DNA of 64,000 nt, from NCBI GenBank assembly GCA_963693055.1, contig OY843751.1, forward strand, positions 736,001 to 800,000. Direction: 5' to 3'. Position numbers and translations under genes: made by a program. This document shows, piece by piece, positions 51,112 through 59,973 of this stretch. How positions within the stretch are numbered: the stretch's first letter is position 1; every line of letters begins with the position of its first letter. The notes below the pieces were generated by a model that was not told the origin of the DNA, did no database searches, and saw only the letters and a program-made list of their open reading frames with translations. The DNA comes from a bacterium. GTDB lineage: Bacteria; Zhuqueibacterota; Zhuqueibacteria; Residuimicrobiales; Krinioviventaceae.

Positions 51112-51225
51112 TTATTGCCTCAATCCCAGCGGTGCATTATCATCAATATCAAAATCAACAACATCAAAGCAGACTGGTGCCCATGCATTGATAATAATGT
51201 TGAGATATGTTGTTGTTGTTTTCAT
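51112..51225 (-). CDS. Asp-rich leader peptide 1 (37 aa)
   Basis: Manual translation MKTTTTYLNIIINAWAPVCFDVVDFDIDDNAPLGLRQ*. Its 3' end (TGGGATTGAGGC) is complementary to the 5' arm of terminator 1. The AAGGA RBS is rather far upstream (about 15 nt). Confidence 0.7.
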   Translation of the reverse strand: MKTTTTYLNIIINAWAPVCFDVVDFDIDDNAPLGLRQ

Positions 51226-51265
51226 ATTGATTGTTTTATTTCCTTAAAAATTTTAATGAGCAATA

Positions 51266-51293
51266 AATATAGCAAATTTTTAGATTAATGCAA
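51266..51293 (-). promoter_or_regulatory. Sigma70-type promoter for the attenuated transcript
   Basis: TTGCAT, 16-bp spacer, TATATT, with an extended -10 TG; about 40 nt upstream of leader 1. Confidence 0.55.
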
Positions 51294-51305
51294 CATTTTT
51301 TTGTA

Positions 51306-54128
51306 TTATTTTAATAAAACCATCCTCTGAATAGATGTGTATGGATCTGCTTTTAGTTTTAACCAATAAATACCGGAACTGACGGGTAAATTTGATTGAT
51401 TGGTCCCGTTCCAGAAAAGTTGATGACTTCCCAAAGACATATTCCTGTTAATTAATTCTTTAACAACTCTGCCATAAACATCATAAATTGTTAGTTTTAC
51501 TTTTGCAGGTTTTGGCAGGTCAAAGCGGATGCTGGTTCCTGCATTAAATGGATTGGGGAAATTGGGATAGAGTTGAAATTCAATCGGCAGTTTTTCATTG
51601 TTATCATCAATTCCTGTGCCTTTTTGAATAGAGAAATTAAAGGCTTGCTCGCATTCAGTTAAATGATCGTCCAGGTCAATTGCGGTAACGCTCCACTGGT
51701 AGCTGTCACCTGCTAAAAGATTTGTGTTGATCTGAAAGGAATTGCCTACAACATATTGGTCAATAATTATCGTTTCAATTCCTGTCATTTGTTTTACAAC
51801 AAGATGATAAGTAATGTTATCACCGAGATCATTATCGTCCGCCTTTTCCCATCTTAATTCCGGAGTTAATGTGGAAAGTGTACTTTGGTCTTCCGGAGTC
51901 ATGAGCCGAAATCCATCAGGGGCCTTATTGTCAATAAACATTGCACCCAGATCCCAATTGCCGAATGTCTGGCGGTCGCGACCATAATAATCTGTTAAGA
52001 ACCAGTCAAGTGCCGGTCCATTTTGGCGGGCAGGAGAAAGTGTCAGCAGGTAAACATCTGATACCATGTTGGGCATATTGTTACCATACACAAGTAAAGG
52101 ATCACCATCGAGTGAACCTAAAGTATTAATGGTGTTATTTTTATTTCTCCAGTATTCCTGGAACAGTTCTATGGTTGAGAAATTTCGTTCATAGGTAGGC
52201 AGTTCTTCATCGCGGTAATGAATAATTGCATTATTAACCGATAATGGGCCCGTACCATATAAATTATGGTGCATAATATGCGAGTGTCCGGCAACATCTG
52301 CAATGCTGAGCTGGAATTCGGCATTGTTGTAAATAATATTGCCAATAATCGTTTCAGCTTCAATCTGCCGTGACCCGGATATTGTGGTTACTAAAGCCAG
52401 TCCTGCTTTGTAACCTGCATGCTCGCTTATTCCATTTGCCACAATGGTATTGTAAAGAACTTGGCAATATTTACTGGCAGTTATAGCGATACCTGCTCCT
52501 TCATTTCCGAAACAGATATTATTATAAATCCAGGTGCTGTCTGCGCCCTGATCTGCAATAATGCCATTGCCGTCGCTCCACCAGTCGGCACCCACAGTGC
52601 CGGCAGTACCCTGGTTATTATTGCTGCTAACATTACGTTTGACAATATTTCCTATACTTGTTCCATGAATGTTAATTCCGCTGCAACCGCCATGCATCCA
52701 GCCATTGTTCCAGACCGAGTTATGTTCAACAATATTGTGTGAGCCATTGACACTGATACCCCATGCGCCATTGTTCAGGCTTTGATTATGAGAAACACTG
52801 CCATTATTTGAATTGGATAACGATAATCCCGAGGCACCGCAATCCTGGACCACATTGTTTTCAATAACAATACCGGAAAGGGGAGAATCTTCCGAATATA
52901 CATAAATACCATGACCGGCCCGACCACCGTCTTTGGGATATTTGATCCATGAACTGTCGTATTCGGTTTTATCGATAGTAGCGGGGTAGCTGATTTTACT
53001 GATAGTATTTTCATTAATTGTTATATCGTTTGTGTTTTGAACATGTATTGCAGAAAAACTGTTCACAATTTCAAAGCCCGAGTTATCGGGATCTCCGGAG
53101 ATATTATTCAAGATGATCTGGTTTCCTGGACCGGCATTGGTAACCGCAATATGTGAAGAATGTTGTTCCACAGGAGAGCCATTCTCCCAAAATGTGCATG
53201 ACTGAACAAGATTATCTGTCGAATTACTGCCAATAATGGAAAGGGCAGATTCTCCCATATTGTTGGAAAAGTTGCATATGTTGACTCTTGTTGTATTTGC
53301 ATGACTTAGCAGGCAGCAAATCCCTGAATTGTTGTTAAAGCGATTGTCAAAAACACTATTTTCAATGGGGATAGAGTTTGACTCTTTGAACTCATCCGGC
53401 TCTATTCCAATAGATAATGCAATGCCTGAAAGATTGGAAAATTCATTATAGGAGATATCGGTAAATGAGGTGTGGGAACACCATACACCGCGCTCGGTTA
53501 TGGTATCTGATTGTGTAAATGTATTTTTCAGAATGCGGTTATAATCTCCCGCAGAATCAAGGTATATATGTGCATCCCATACTCTTTCTACATTTCCTGT
53601 ATTGGTAAAGGTACATTCAGAGATTTCATTGTATGATGATGTATTAAAAACATGGATTGCGGCAGAACCCTGGTTATTTGTAAATGAACAATTGCTGATT
53701 TTATTGTAATGTGAATTGTCGAGCAAGATGGGTTTACGATTTTTCAAACAGTTTGCGAATATAAAATTTTGAATATGTATAAATGAGGCGTCTGTCAAAT
53801 CAAGTGCATACGTACCGTCCCATGAATCAGCTGTCAGCGTTGGGATTTCGTTTTCGTAAGCCATGATCACAATGGGATTCAGAGCGGTACCAGATGCATT
53901 AACCTCTATTTTTTCAGAATAGGTACCGTAACGAACAAAAAGTGTATCACCCTGAACAAGGTAGGGTACTGCATGAGATATTGTTTTGAACGGACCGTGA
54001 TTATCGGTTACAATCGGTGCAAGGCCATCAAATGCATCGTTACCGCCGCTTTGAGCGACATACCAGGTTTCGGAATAGAGTGTGGCTGTTGAGAATAGTA
54101 GTATAATGAGCAAGAATCGTTTAATCAT
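51306..54128 (-). CDS. Secreted parallel beta-helix (pectin-lyase-fold) protein with Fn3-like domain and T9SS type-A/FlgD-like CTD
   Basis: Signal peptide; WYVAQSGGND...GPFKTISHA...GDTLFVRYGTYSE N-cap; many Asn-rich beta-helix repeats; WDLGA; C-terminal PNFPNPFNAGTSIRF...SSGIYWLKL. Confidence 0.85.
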   Translation of the reverse strand: MIKRFLLIILLFSTATLYSETWYVAQSGGNDAFDGLAPIVTDNHGPFKTISHAVPYLVQGDTLFVRYGTYSEKIEVNASGTALNPIVIMAYENEIPTLTADSWDGTYALDLTDASFIHIQNFIFANCLKNRKPILLDNSHYNKISNCSFTNNQGSAAIHVFNTSSYNEISECTFTNTGNVERVWDAHIYLDSAGDYNRILKNTFTQSDTITERGVWCSHTSFTDISYNEFSNLSGIALSIGIEPDEFKESNSIPIENSVFDNRFNNNSGICCLLSHANTTRVNICNFSNNMGESALSIIGSNSTDNLVQSCTFWENGSPVEQHSSHIAVTNAGPGNQIILNNISGDPDNSGFEIVNSFSAIHVQNTNDITINENTISKISYPATIDKTEYDSSWIKYPKDGGRAGHGIYVYSEDSPLSGIVIENNVVQDCGASGLSLSNSNNGSVSHNQSLNNGAWGISVNGSHNIVEHNSVWNNGWMHGGCSGINIHGTSIGNIVKRNVSSNNNQGTAGTVGADWWSDGNGIIADQGADSTWIYNNICFGNEGAGIAITASKYCQVLYNTIVANGISEHAGYKAGLALVTTISGSRQIEAETIIGNIIYNNAEFQLSIADVAGHSHIMHHNLYGTGPLSVNNAIIHYRDEELPTYERNFSTIELFQEYWRNKNNTINTLGSLDGDPLLVYGNNMPNMVSDVYLLTLSPARQNGPALDWFLTDYYGRDRQTFGNWDLGAMFIDNKAPDGFRLMTPEDQSTLSTLTPELRWEKADDNDLGDNITYHLVVKQMTGIETIIIDQYVVGNSFQINTNLLAGDSYQWSVTAIDLDDHLTECEQAFNFSIQKGTGIDDNNEKLPIEFQLYPNFPNPFNAGTSIRFDLPKPAKVKLTIYDVYGRVVKELINRNMSLGSHQLFWNGTNQSNLPVSSGIYWLKLKADPYTSIQRMVLLK

Positions 54129-54162
54129 GGTTCCTTTCCGGTATTGGTAAATGCTGATAGTA

Positions 54163-54178
54163 TACAAATTGTGTGCCA
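54163..54178 (-). promoter_or_regulatory. Candidate sigma54 (-24/-12) promoter
   Basis: Minus strand TGGCAC-ACAAT-TTGTA, about 35 nt before ATG 54128; one mismatch to TGGCAC-N5-TTGC. Confidence 0.45.
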
Positions 54179-54197
54179 AATTCCAAATGAAAAAGCG

Positions 54198-54253
54198 TTG
54201 TGAAATTGAAACATTTTCATTATACTGACGTATAGTTGCTGACTGTTAGTCAG
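54198..54253 (+). promoter_or_regulatory. Sigma70 promoter plus TetR-type operator
   Basis: TTGTGA, 17-bp spacer, TATACT (54198-54226), followed by the palindrome CTGACT-GTT-AGTCAG (54239-54253). Confidence 0.65.
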
Positions 54254-54288
54254 TTGTTGTGTGATCGTTTAATTGATTTGAGGTATTC

Positions 54289-54945
54289 ATGGGAGTGCAA
54301 GAACGCAGAGAACGTGAAAAAGAACAGCGTAAAAATGATATTCTGGATGCCGCTGAACAGGTTTTCTTTGAAAAAGGTTTATCCTTGTCTACAATGGATG
54401 ATGTTGCAGATGCGGCTGAATTGAGTAAAGGAACATTGTATCTGTATTTCAAAAGCAAGCAGGAGCTATATCTGGGAATCCATCAACGTGGATTTGTAAA
54501 AATGCATGAAATGTTTGCAGCCGCCGCGGCATTGCATAATCTGGGCGTAGACAAGATCCGGGCTATTGGTCACGCGTATTACGAGTTTGCCAAACAATAT
54601 CCGGATTATTACAAAGCGATTATGTATTTTGAAGGTTCTGTGCTGGATTTTACTTCTGACAGCGAAATGATAGAGATTTACCACCAGGATGGCCATCAAG
54701 TCATGGAGTTTGTGCAAAAGGTTTTACATAAAGGTATAGATGACGGTTCAATTGTAACAGATTTTCAAGTAGATAGACTGGCCTTTATATTGTGGGGACA
54801 AATTTCAGGTGTTATACAAATTATTTCCAAAATATCACAACATCCGGAAAAATCAATAAAATTTAATCCATACGAGTTGTTTGATGACTATATGCAGCTT
54901 ATGGGTAAATTGCTCGTTAATCCTGACAAGGAGGATAAATCTTGA
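54289..54945 (+). CDS. TetR/AcrR-family regulator
   Basis: ILDAAEQVFFEKG...TMDDVADAAELSKGTLYLYFKSK. Confidence 0.95.
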   Translation: MGVQERREREKEQRKNDILDAAEQVFFEKGLSLSTMDDVADAAELSKGTLYLYFKSKQELYLGIHQRGFVKMHEMFAAAAALHNLGVDKIRAIGHAYYEFAKQYPDYYKAIMYFEGSVLDFTSDSEMIEIYHQDGHQVMEFVQKVLHKGIDDGSIVTDFQVDRLAFILWGQISGVIQIISKISQHPEKSIKFNPYELFDDYMQLMGKLLVNPDKEDKS

Positions 54946-56006
54946 GAATGCGATTTGTTTTTTTACATATACTCGTCTTGATGATAATATTGGTTTTTAT
55001 GTCAAGCTGCAACCGGCAGCAGGAAATTATCAAAGAGGATTTAACGGTACCGGTAAAAGCAACAGAGATAGAAATGCAAGATGTGCAGGAGGCATTGCAT
55101 GCGTCTGGCACATTACAGTCAGGACAAATCAGCAAGCTATCTTTCAAGATAGGTGGTATTATAAAGAAGATTTATATAGATGAAGCAGACGCAGTAAAGA
55201 CAGGGCAGATCCTGGCAGAACTGTATCCTGACGAGATTGATGCGCAATTGAAAAGCGCGCAGACCCAATTTGATAAAGCCAAACGTGATTTTGAACGGGC
55301 CAAAAATCTGATCAAAGACAATGCAATATCTGTTCAACAACGTCAGGATGCGGAATCGGCTTTTGATGCAGCAAAAGCAACTTTGCAGATTGCCGAATTT
55401 AATTCGAAACATGCCAGAATAATTGCCCCTTCTTCCGGTAAGGTATTGAAAATTATTGCGGAAGAAAATGAGATGACTGGTGCGGGAACTCCGGTGTTGG
55501 TATTTGCATCTACCGGCAGTGCCTGGTTGGTTAAAATTAATATGCCGGATAAAGATTTGGTCAAGCTTTCGATTGGGGATCCCGCGGATATTCAATTTGA
55601 TGCATTTCCCGGAAAGATTTTTAGAGCACATATCAGTGAAATATCAGAATCTGCAGATAGTATGACAGGTTTGTACGCGGTTGAATTACAGCTGGATGAC
55701 AAATTGGAGCGAAATATCAATGGGCTTGTTGCTTCAGTAGACATTAAACCGCAGAAAAAGACACACTGTTTCCTTTTGCCAACCCGTGCTTTAGTCAGTG
55801 CGGTTGGTCAGTCTGGGTATGTTTACAAATTAGATGGATCCAATAACGCTGTCAAAGTATCCATAAATATATTGGGGTTTTACAATGATCAGTTGATGGT
55901 TACCGGAGATTTATCGGATGGGGACAAGATCATCACAACCGGTGCCGCATACCTAAAGGAAGACAGCAAAATATTGGTTACTTCCAATGCGGAGGTTGGT
56001 AAATGA
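54942..56006 (+). CDS. RND efflux periplasmic adaptor (MFP) subunit, lipoprotein
   Basis: MSSC lipobox-like sequence, LSFKIGGII...VKTGQILA, IIAPSSG; start is TTG 54942 or ATG 54948. Confidence 0.92.
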   Translation: MRMRFVFLHILVLMIILVFMSSCNRQQEIIKEDLTVPVKATEIEMQDVQEALHASGTLQSGQISKLSFKIGGIIKKIYIDEADAVKTGQILAELYPDEIDAQLKSAQTQFDKAKRDFERAKNLIKDNAISVQQRQDAESAFDAAKATLQIAEFNSKHARIIAPSSGKVLKIIAEENEMTGAGTPVLVFASTGSAWLVKINMPDKDLVKLSIGDPADIQFDAFPGKIFRAHISEISESADSMTGLYAVELQLDDKLERNINGLVASVDIKPQKKTHCFLLPTRALVSAVGQSGYVYKLDGSNNAVKVSINILGFYNDQLMVTGDLSDGDKIITTGAAYLKEDSKILVTSNAEVGK

Positions 56007-59000
56007 ACATTTCCCGGTTTTCCATAGAGAACCATCATTTTACACTCATGGTGGTTTTGTTACTGATGCTGTATGGTATATTTGCGGTTGTTGATATGCC
56101 AAAATCCGAGAATCCTGCAATTGAACCTCCGGGTGCATCCATCATCGCACTTTATCCCGGTGCAACACCCCGGGATATGGAAGAACAAGTGACTTCTATA
56201 ATTGAAGAAGAGGTGAATAGCATATCAGATGTTGCAGAAATATATTCCATTAGCGGTAACAGCTATTGCAACATTACGGTCGAATTTGATTTTGGTGTGG
56301 ATATCGATGAAAAGTATTCGCTGCTAGTAGAAAAGGTTAATCGGGCTAAGAGTGATTTGCCGGATGATATCAGCAGCCTGGATGTAGTTAAATGGGATAT
56401 TAATGCGGTTAATATTTTAGAGTTGGCTGTGGTATCGGAAACTGCAGAATTTGTGGATATGGAGACCGAACTCGAAAAGTTAAAAGATGTTATTGAAAAA
56501 ATTGATGGAATTCGTGGAGCAGAGATTGTCGCATACCCTGAACAGCAGGTACGTGTTTCTTTGAATCTGGAAAAGATGGCACAAATGCATATACCTGTTG
56601 ATCGGGTGATAGGCGTAATTCAATCGGCAAATGCCAATATACCTGGCGGAAAGATAGATATTGGCGGTAAGAATTTTAATATCAATACAAGCGGATCTTA
56701 TGAAACATTGGATGATATCCGGAATACTACCCTTCCCATGGGAAACGGATCGATTATTTATTTAAAAGATATTGCAACAGTACAATATGATTATCAAGAT
56801 CTGGAGCACTATGCCCGGTTTAACGGAAAACGAGCTGTTTTACTTGCGGCCAATCAGAAAAATGGTACCAATCTATTTCAAATTATTGATGAAATTAAAG
56901 CGGCTGTTGCTGATTTTAATAAAGATCTGCCGGACAATATGCATGTTGACTTTGTTTATAATCAGGCTGAAAGTGTGGGGGATTTTGTTGTAGAGTTTTT
57001 GATCAACCTGCTTGAAGGGATTTTACTGGTAGGTATTGTGGCCTGGCTGGGGATTGGAACACGTCCTGCTTTGTTGGTAATCTTTACAATACCTGCATCC
57101 ATTGCCATTGCGTTGGGATTTTTAAAGCTGAGCGATTATGGTATACAGCAGATGACTATTGCCGGTTTGGTTATTGTATTGGGTATTCTTGTAGATAATG
57201 CTATTGTTGTTACAGAAAATGTCAACCGCTTTTTACGTATGGGCAAAGACCTGAAAGAAGCATCAGTGCGAGGAGCAACGCAGATTTCCGGTTCAATAAC
57301 CAGTGGTACCATAACAACCTGCCTGGCATTCATGCCCATCTTGTTGATGAATGATGTAGCCGGTCAATACGTGCGCAGTATGCCGCTAACGGTGATCTTT
57401 ACTTTGCTGGCGTCTCTGTTTCTTGCCCTCACTTTTACTCCCTATTTGACCAGTCGGTATCTGTCTGCCAAATCAGCCTCAAATACTAGTTTGATGCAAA
57501 AAACATTGCAGAATTTTATAGAAACCCACTACCGCAGGGTTTTGAAATTCGCATTGAAACGTCCCAAAACCGTGCTCTTGCTCAGTATTCTGATATTTTT
57601 AATCAGTGTAGGACTTGTGCCTTTTGTGGGGGTTAGCATGTTTCCCAAATCGAACAAGCCCATGTTTTATATCAATGTATCTACACCCGAGGGAACCAAC
57701 CTAAAGGTTACGGACCATGTTGTAACCCAGGTAGAAGATTTGCTTGAGGGAAAAGTGTTTGTTAGGCATTTTGTTGCCAATATTGGCGGTGATAATCCAC
57801 GTATATATTATAATGTCATTCCAAAGCAGAACCATGCCAATATTGGGCAGGTATTTGTTGAAGTGTATCCCGATTATTCGCGGCAGGTTGGCGAGATTGT
57901 GAGTGGAATGCGGGAAGAGTTGAAAGAAATTCCCGGTGCTAAATTTGAGGTCAAGCAGTTGGAACAAGGTTACCCCAATGACGCGCCTATTGCAATCAAG
58001 GTTGTTGGTAAAGATATGGATATAATTAAAGACTTGTCAGCCCAGGTGGAATCTGTATTTCGTAACACAGCGGGTGTAATAGAGATTGATGATCCCTTGG
58101 GTAATGAGAAAACAGATTTAAAAATAGATATCAATCGGGAAAAGTGCTCAATGCTTGGATTGACCCTGGCAGAGGTGGACAGAGCCATACGCATCGCATT
58201 GTCCGGTTATGATGTGTCTACATTCAGGAACCGGGATGGCGACCAGTTTGATATTGTTGTACGGTTACCCGTGCATGAATCTCCGAGGGTCTCTGATTTT
58301 GAACGCATCTATTTAACAACACCGGCGGGCTCGCAGGTCCCCTTGAAACAGGTGGCGGGCATTGGTTTTGAATCCAGTCCGCTAAATATTTATCGATATC
58401 AACTCGAGCGGAGCAATACCGTAACCGGTGATGCTGCTCCCGGTTATTCTGTGGACCAACTGACTGGCGAGATTATTGAGAAACTGGAGCAAATGGACTG
58501 GCCGGCCGGATATGGTTATCATGTCAGTGGTGAAAAAGAAAGCCAGGGCAAAGCGTTTGGCGGATTAGGTAATAATTTTATCATTGCAATTATCGGGATC
58601 TTTTCCGTGCTAGTGTTCCAGTTTCGTTCATTTCGCCAGCCGTTTATTATCTTTTCATCCATACCGTTGGCCATCATTGGATCCATACTCGCGCTATTGA
58701 TTACAGGCAATACTTTTTCTTTTACGGCCATGATTGGTTTAACGAGTCTGGCAGGTATAGTGATTAATAACGCAATCATATTGGTGGATTATGCCAATGA
58801 GTTGCGTAATGAAGGAAAAGATTTGGATACTGCAGTTAGTATTTCAGGAGAGACCCGGTTTACTCCCATAATATTAACTGTTGCGACTACTGTTGGGGGG
58901 TTGTTGCCATTGACCTTGTTTGGTGGATTGATGTGGGCGCCTATGGGATGGGCCATTATCGGTGGACTGATGACATCTACCTTTTTAACGCTTGTGGTTG

Positions 59001-59050
59001 TACCGGTTTTGTACAAGGTGTTTACGCCAGCTATACCTGTTATTGAATAA
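56003..59050 (+). CDS. RND efflux permease (AcrB/CzcA/MdtB superfamily)
   Basis: 1015 aa; YPGATP, GILVDNAIVVTEN, GIVINNAIILVD, RFTPIILT. Confidence 0.95.
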   Translation: MNISRFSIENHHFTLMVVLLLMLYGIFAVVDMPKSENPAIEPPGASIIALYPGATPRDMEEQVTSIIEEEVNSISDVAEIYSISGNSYCNITVEFDFGVDIDEKYSLLVEKVNRAKSDLPDDISSLDVVKWDINAVNILELAVVSETAEFVDMETELEKLKDVIEKIDGIRGAEIVAYPEQQVRVSLNLEKMAQMHIPVDRVIGVIQSANANIPGGKIDIGGKNFNINTSGSYETLDDIRNTTLPMGNGSIIYLKDIATVQYDYQDLEHYARFNGKRAVLLAANQKNGTNLFQIIDEIKAAVADFNKDLPDNMHVDFVYNQAESVGDFVVEFLINLLEGILLVGIVAWLGIGTRPALLVIFTIPASIAIALGFLKLSDYGIQQMTIAGLVIVLGILVDNAIVVTENVNRFLRMGKDLKEASVRGATQISGSITSGTITTCLAFMPILLMNDVAGQYVRSMPLTVIFTLLASLFLALTFTPYLTSRYLSAKSASNTSLMQKTLQNFIETHYRRVLKFALKRPKTVLLLSILIFLISVGLVPFVGVSMFPKSNKPMFYINVSTPEGTNLKVTDHVVTQVEDLLEGKVFVRHFVANIGGDNPRIYYNVIPKQNHANIGQVFVEVYPDYSRQVGEIVSGMREELKEIPGAKFEVKQLEQGYPNDAPIAIKVVGKDMDIIKDLSAQVESVFRNTAGVIEIDDPLGNEKTDLKIDINREKCSMLGLTLAEVDRAIRIALSGYDVSTFRNRDGDQFDIVVRLPVHESPRVSDFERIYLTTPAGSQVPLKQVAGIGFESSPLNIYRYQLERSNTVTGDAAPGYSVDQLTGEIIEKLEQMDWPAGYGYHVSGEKESQGKAFGGLGNNFIIAIIGIFSVLVFQFRSFRQPFIIFSSIPLAIIGSILALLITGNTFSFTAMIGLTSLAGIVINNAIILVDYANELRNEGKDLDTAVSISGETRFTPIILTVATTVGGLLPLTLFGGLMWAPMGWAIIGGLMTSTFLTLVVVPVLYKVFTPAIPVIE

Positions 59051-59051
59051 T

Positions 59052-59089
59052 AAAAAAAGCATGCGGTATTTAACTGCATGCTTTTTTTT
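59052..59089. terminator. Bidirectional intrinsic terminator
   Basis: A7-GCATGCGGT / ACTGCATGC-T8 between convergent genes. Confidence 0.88.
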
Positions 59090-59123
59090 ATATAAATTCC
59101 AATTGTATTGAATTGTTCAAGCA

Positions 59124-59735
59124 TTACTTGATTTGTGCGGCCAGGTTTTTGATAAGGACAAATCGTGTTAGATAGTATTGGCAGACTACAAGCCCCACTG
59201 TACCAAAAATGATTGTAATAAGCACGGTTGTATTCGAGAGTTTAAAATCCAGTTGCAGCATGCTCCCCAATTCTTCTCCAATATTTTCATGCAAGAGTGC
59301 AATTACCGCAGTCATCACGCAAAACAAGAGTGTAACCAGGGCTGTAAAGGCTGAAATTTTAATAATCATAAACGCATATTTTTGTAAAGAAACCTTGTTA
59401 ACGCGCATACGTCTACTGTAATAGTAGCCTGCAAGCACACCCATTAACAGGTTAACAATGGGCAAGCCCATAAAAAAACCATAGATATTGATACTGTAAA
59501 ACATGTAAAATGCTACAAGCAGCCAGATGGGTAAAGTGTATATTTTTCGGATCAACTTTTTTAGTAACAGCAGATTGAGTATTATGCCCAATATAATGCC
59601 GGTTACCAGGTAATAGATTACAATGGATTCGTTACGATTGGTATAAAACCAGATCAGGAATGAACCCATAGCCAATACTAATGGAAAACTGCTTCCCATT
59701 ATAAAACCAAAAATAATTTTGTCGAACCGCTTCAT
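59124..59735 (-). CDS. Hypothetical integral membrane protein
   Basis: About 5-6 TM helices, GFFMGLP motif; no family recognised. Confidence 0.7.
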   Translation of the reverse strand: MKRFDKIIFGFIMGSSFPLVLAMGSFLIWFYTNRNESIVIYYLVTGIILGIILNLLLLKKLIRKIYTLPIWLLVAFYMFYSINIYGFFMGLPIVNLLMGVLAGYYYSRRMRVNKVSLQKYAFMIIKISAFTALVTLLFCVMTAVIALLHENIGEELGSMLQLDFKLSNTTVLITIIFGTVGLVVCQYYLTRFVLIKNLAAQIK

Positions 59736-59973
59736 AATTTTACTGCTAATTTAGATGTGATATTTTAATGCTTTATTCAAAGATCCATTTATCTGTGATT
59801 TTTAATAATCCTTGCTAAATAGATCTTTGGTGGTAACAACCCCGATTGTTATACGACAAAAGAAAACATCTAAACATCTGGGATTTTAATATAAAGATTC
59901 AACTAAACTATTGCAATAAAAATTATTTGGGGTGAGGGGAGAGGCGATGCACTCCGGTTGGGGAATAATTTTT

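Noticed and set aside
50868-51225. The Asp/Cys-rich peptides as RiPP precursors for the radical SAM enzymes
   Set aside because: No adjacent maturase, SPASM/RRE protein, peptidase or transporter. The leader/terminator complementarity explains the layout better.
51052-51288. Plus-strand 78-aa ORF rich in Ile/Asn/Cys (MKKAPLLIG...)
   Set aside because: It is the antisense shadow of leader 1. The terminators' longer T-runs, the RBSs, the promoter and the downstream gene are all oriented on the minus strand.
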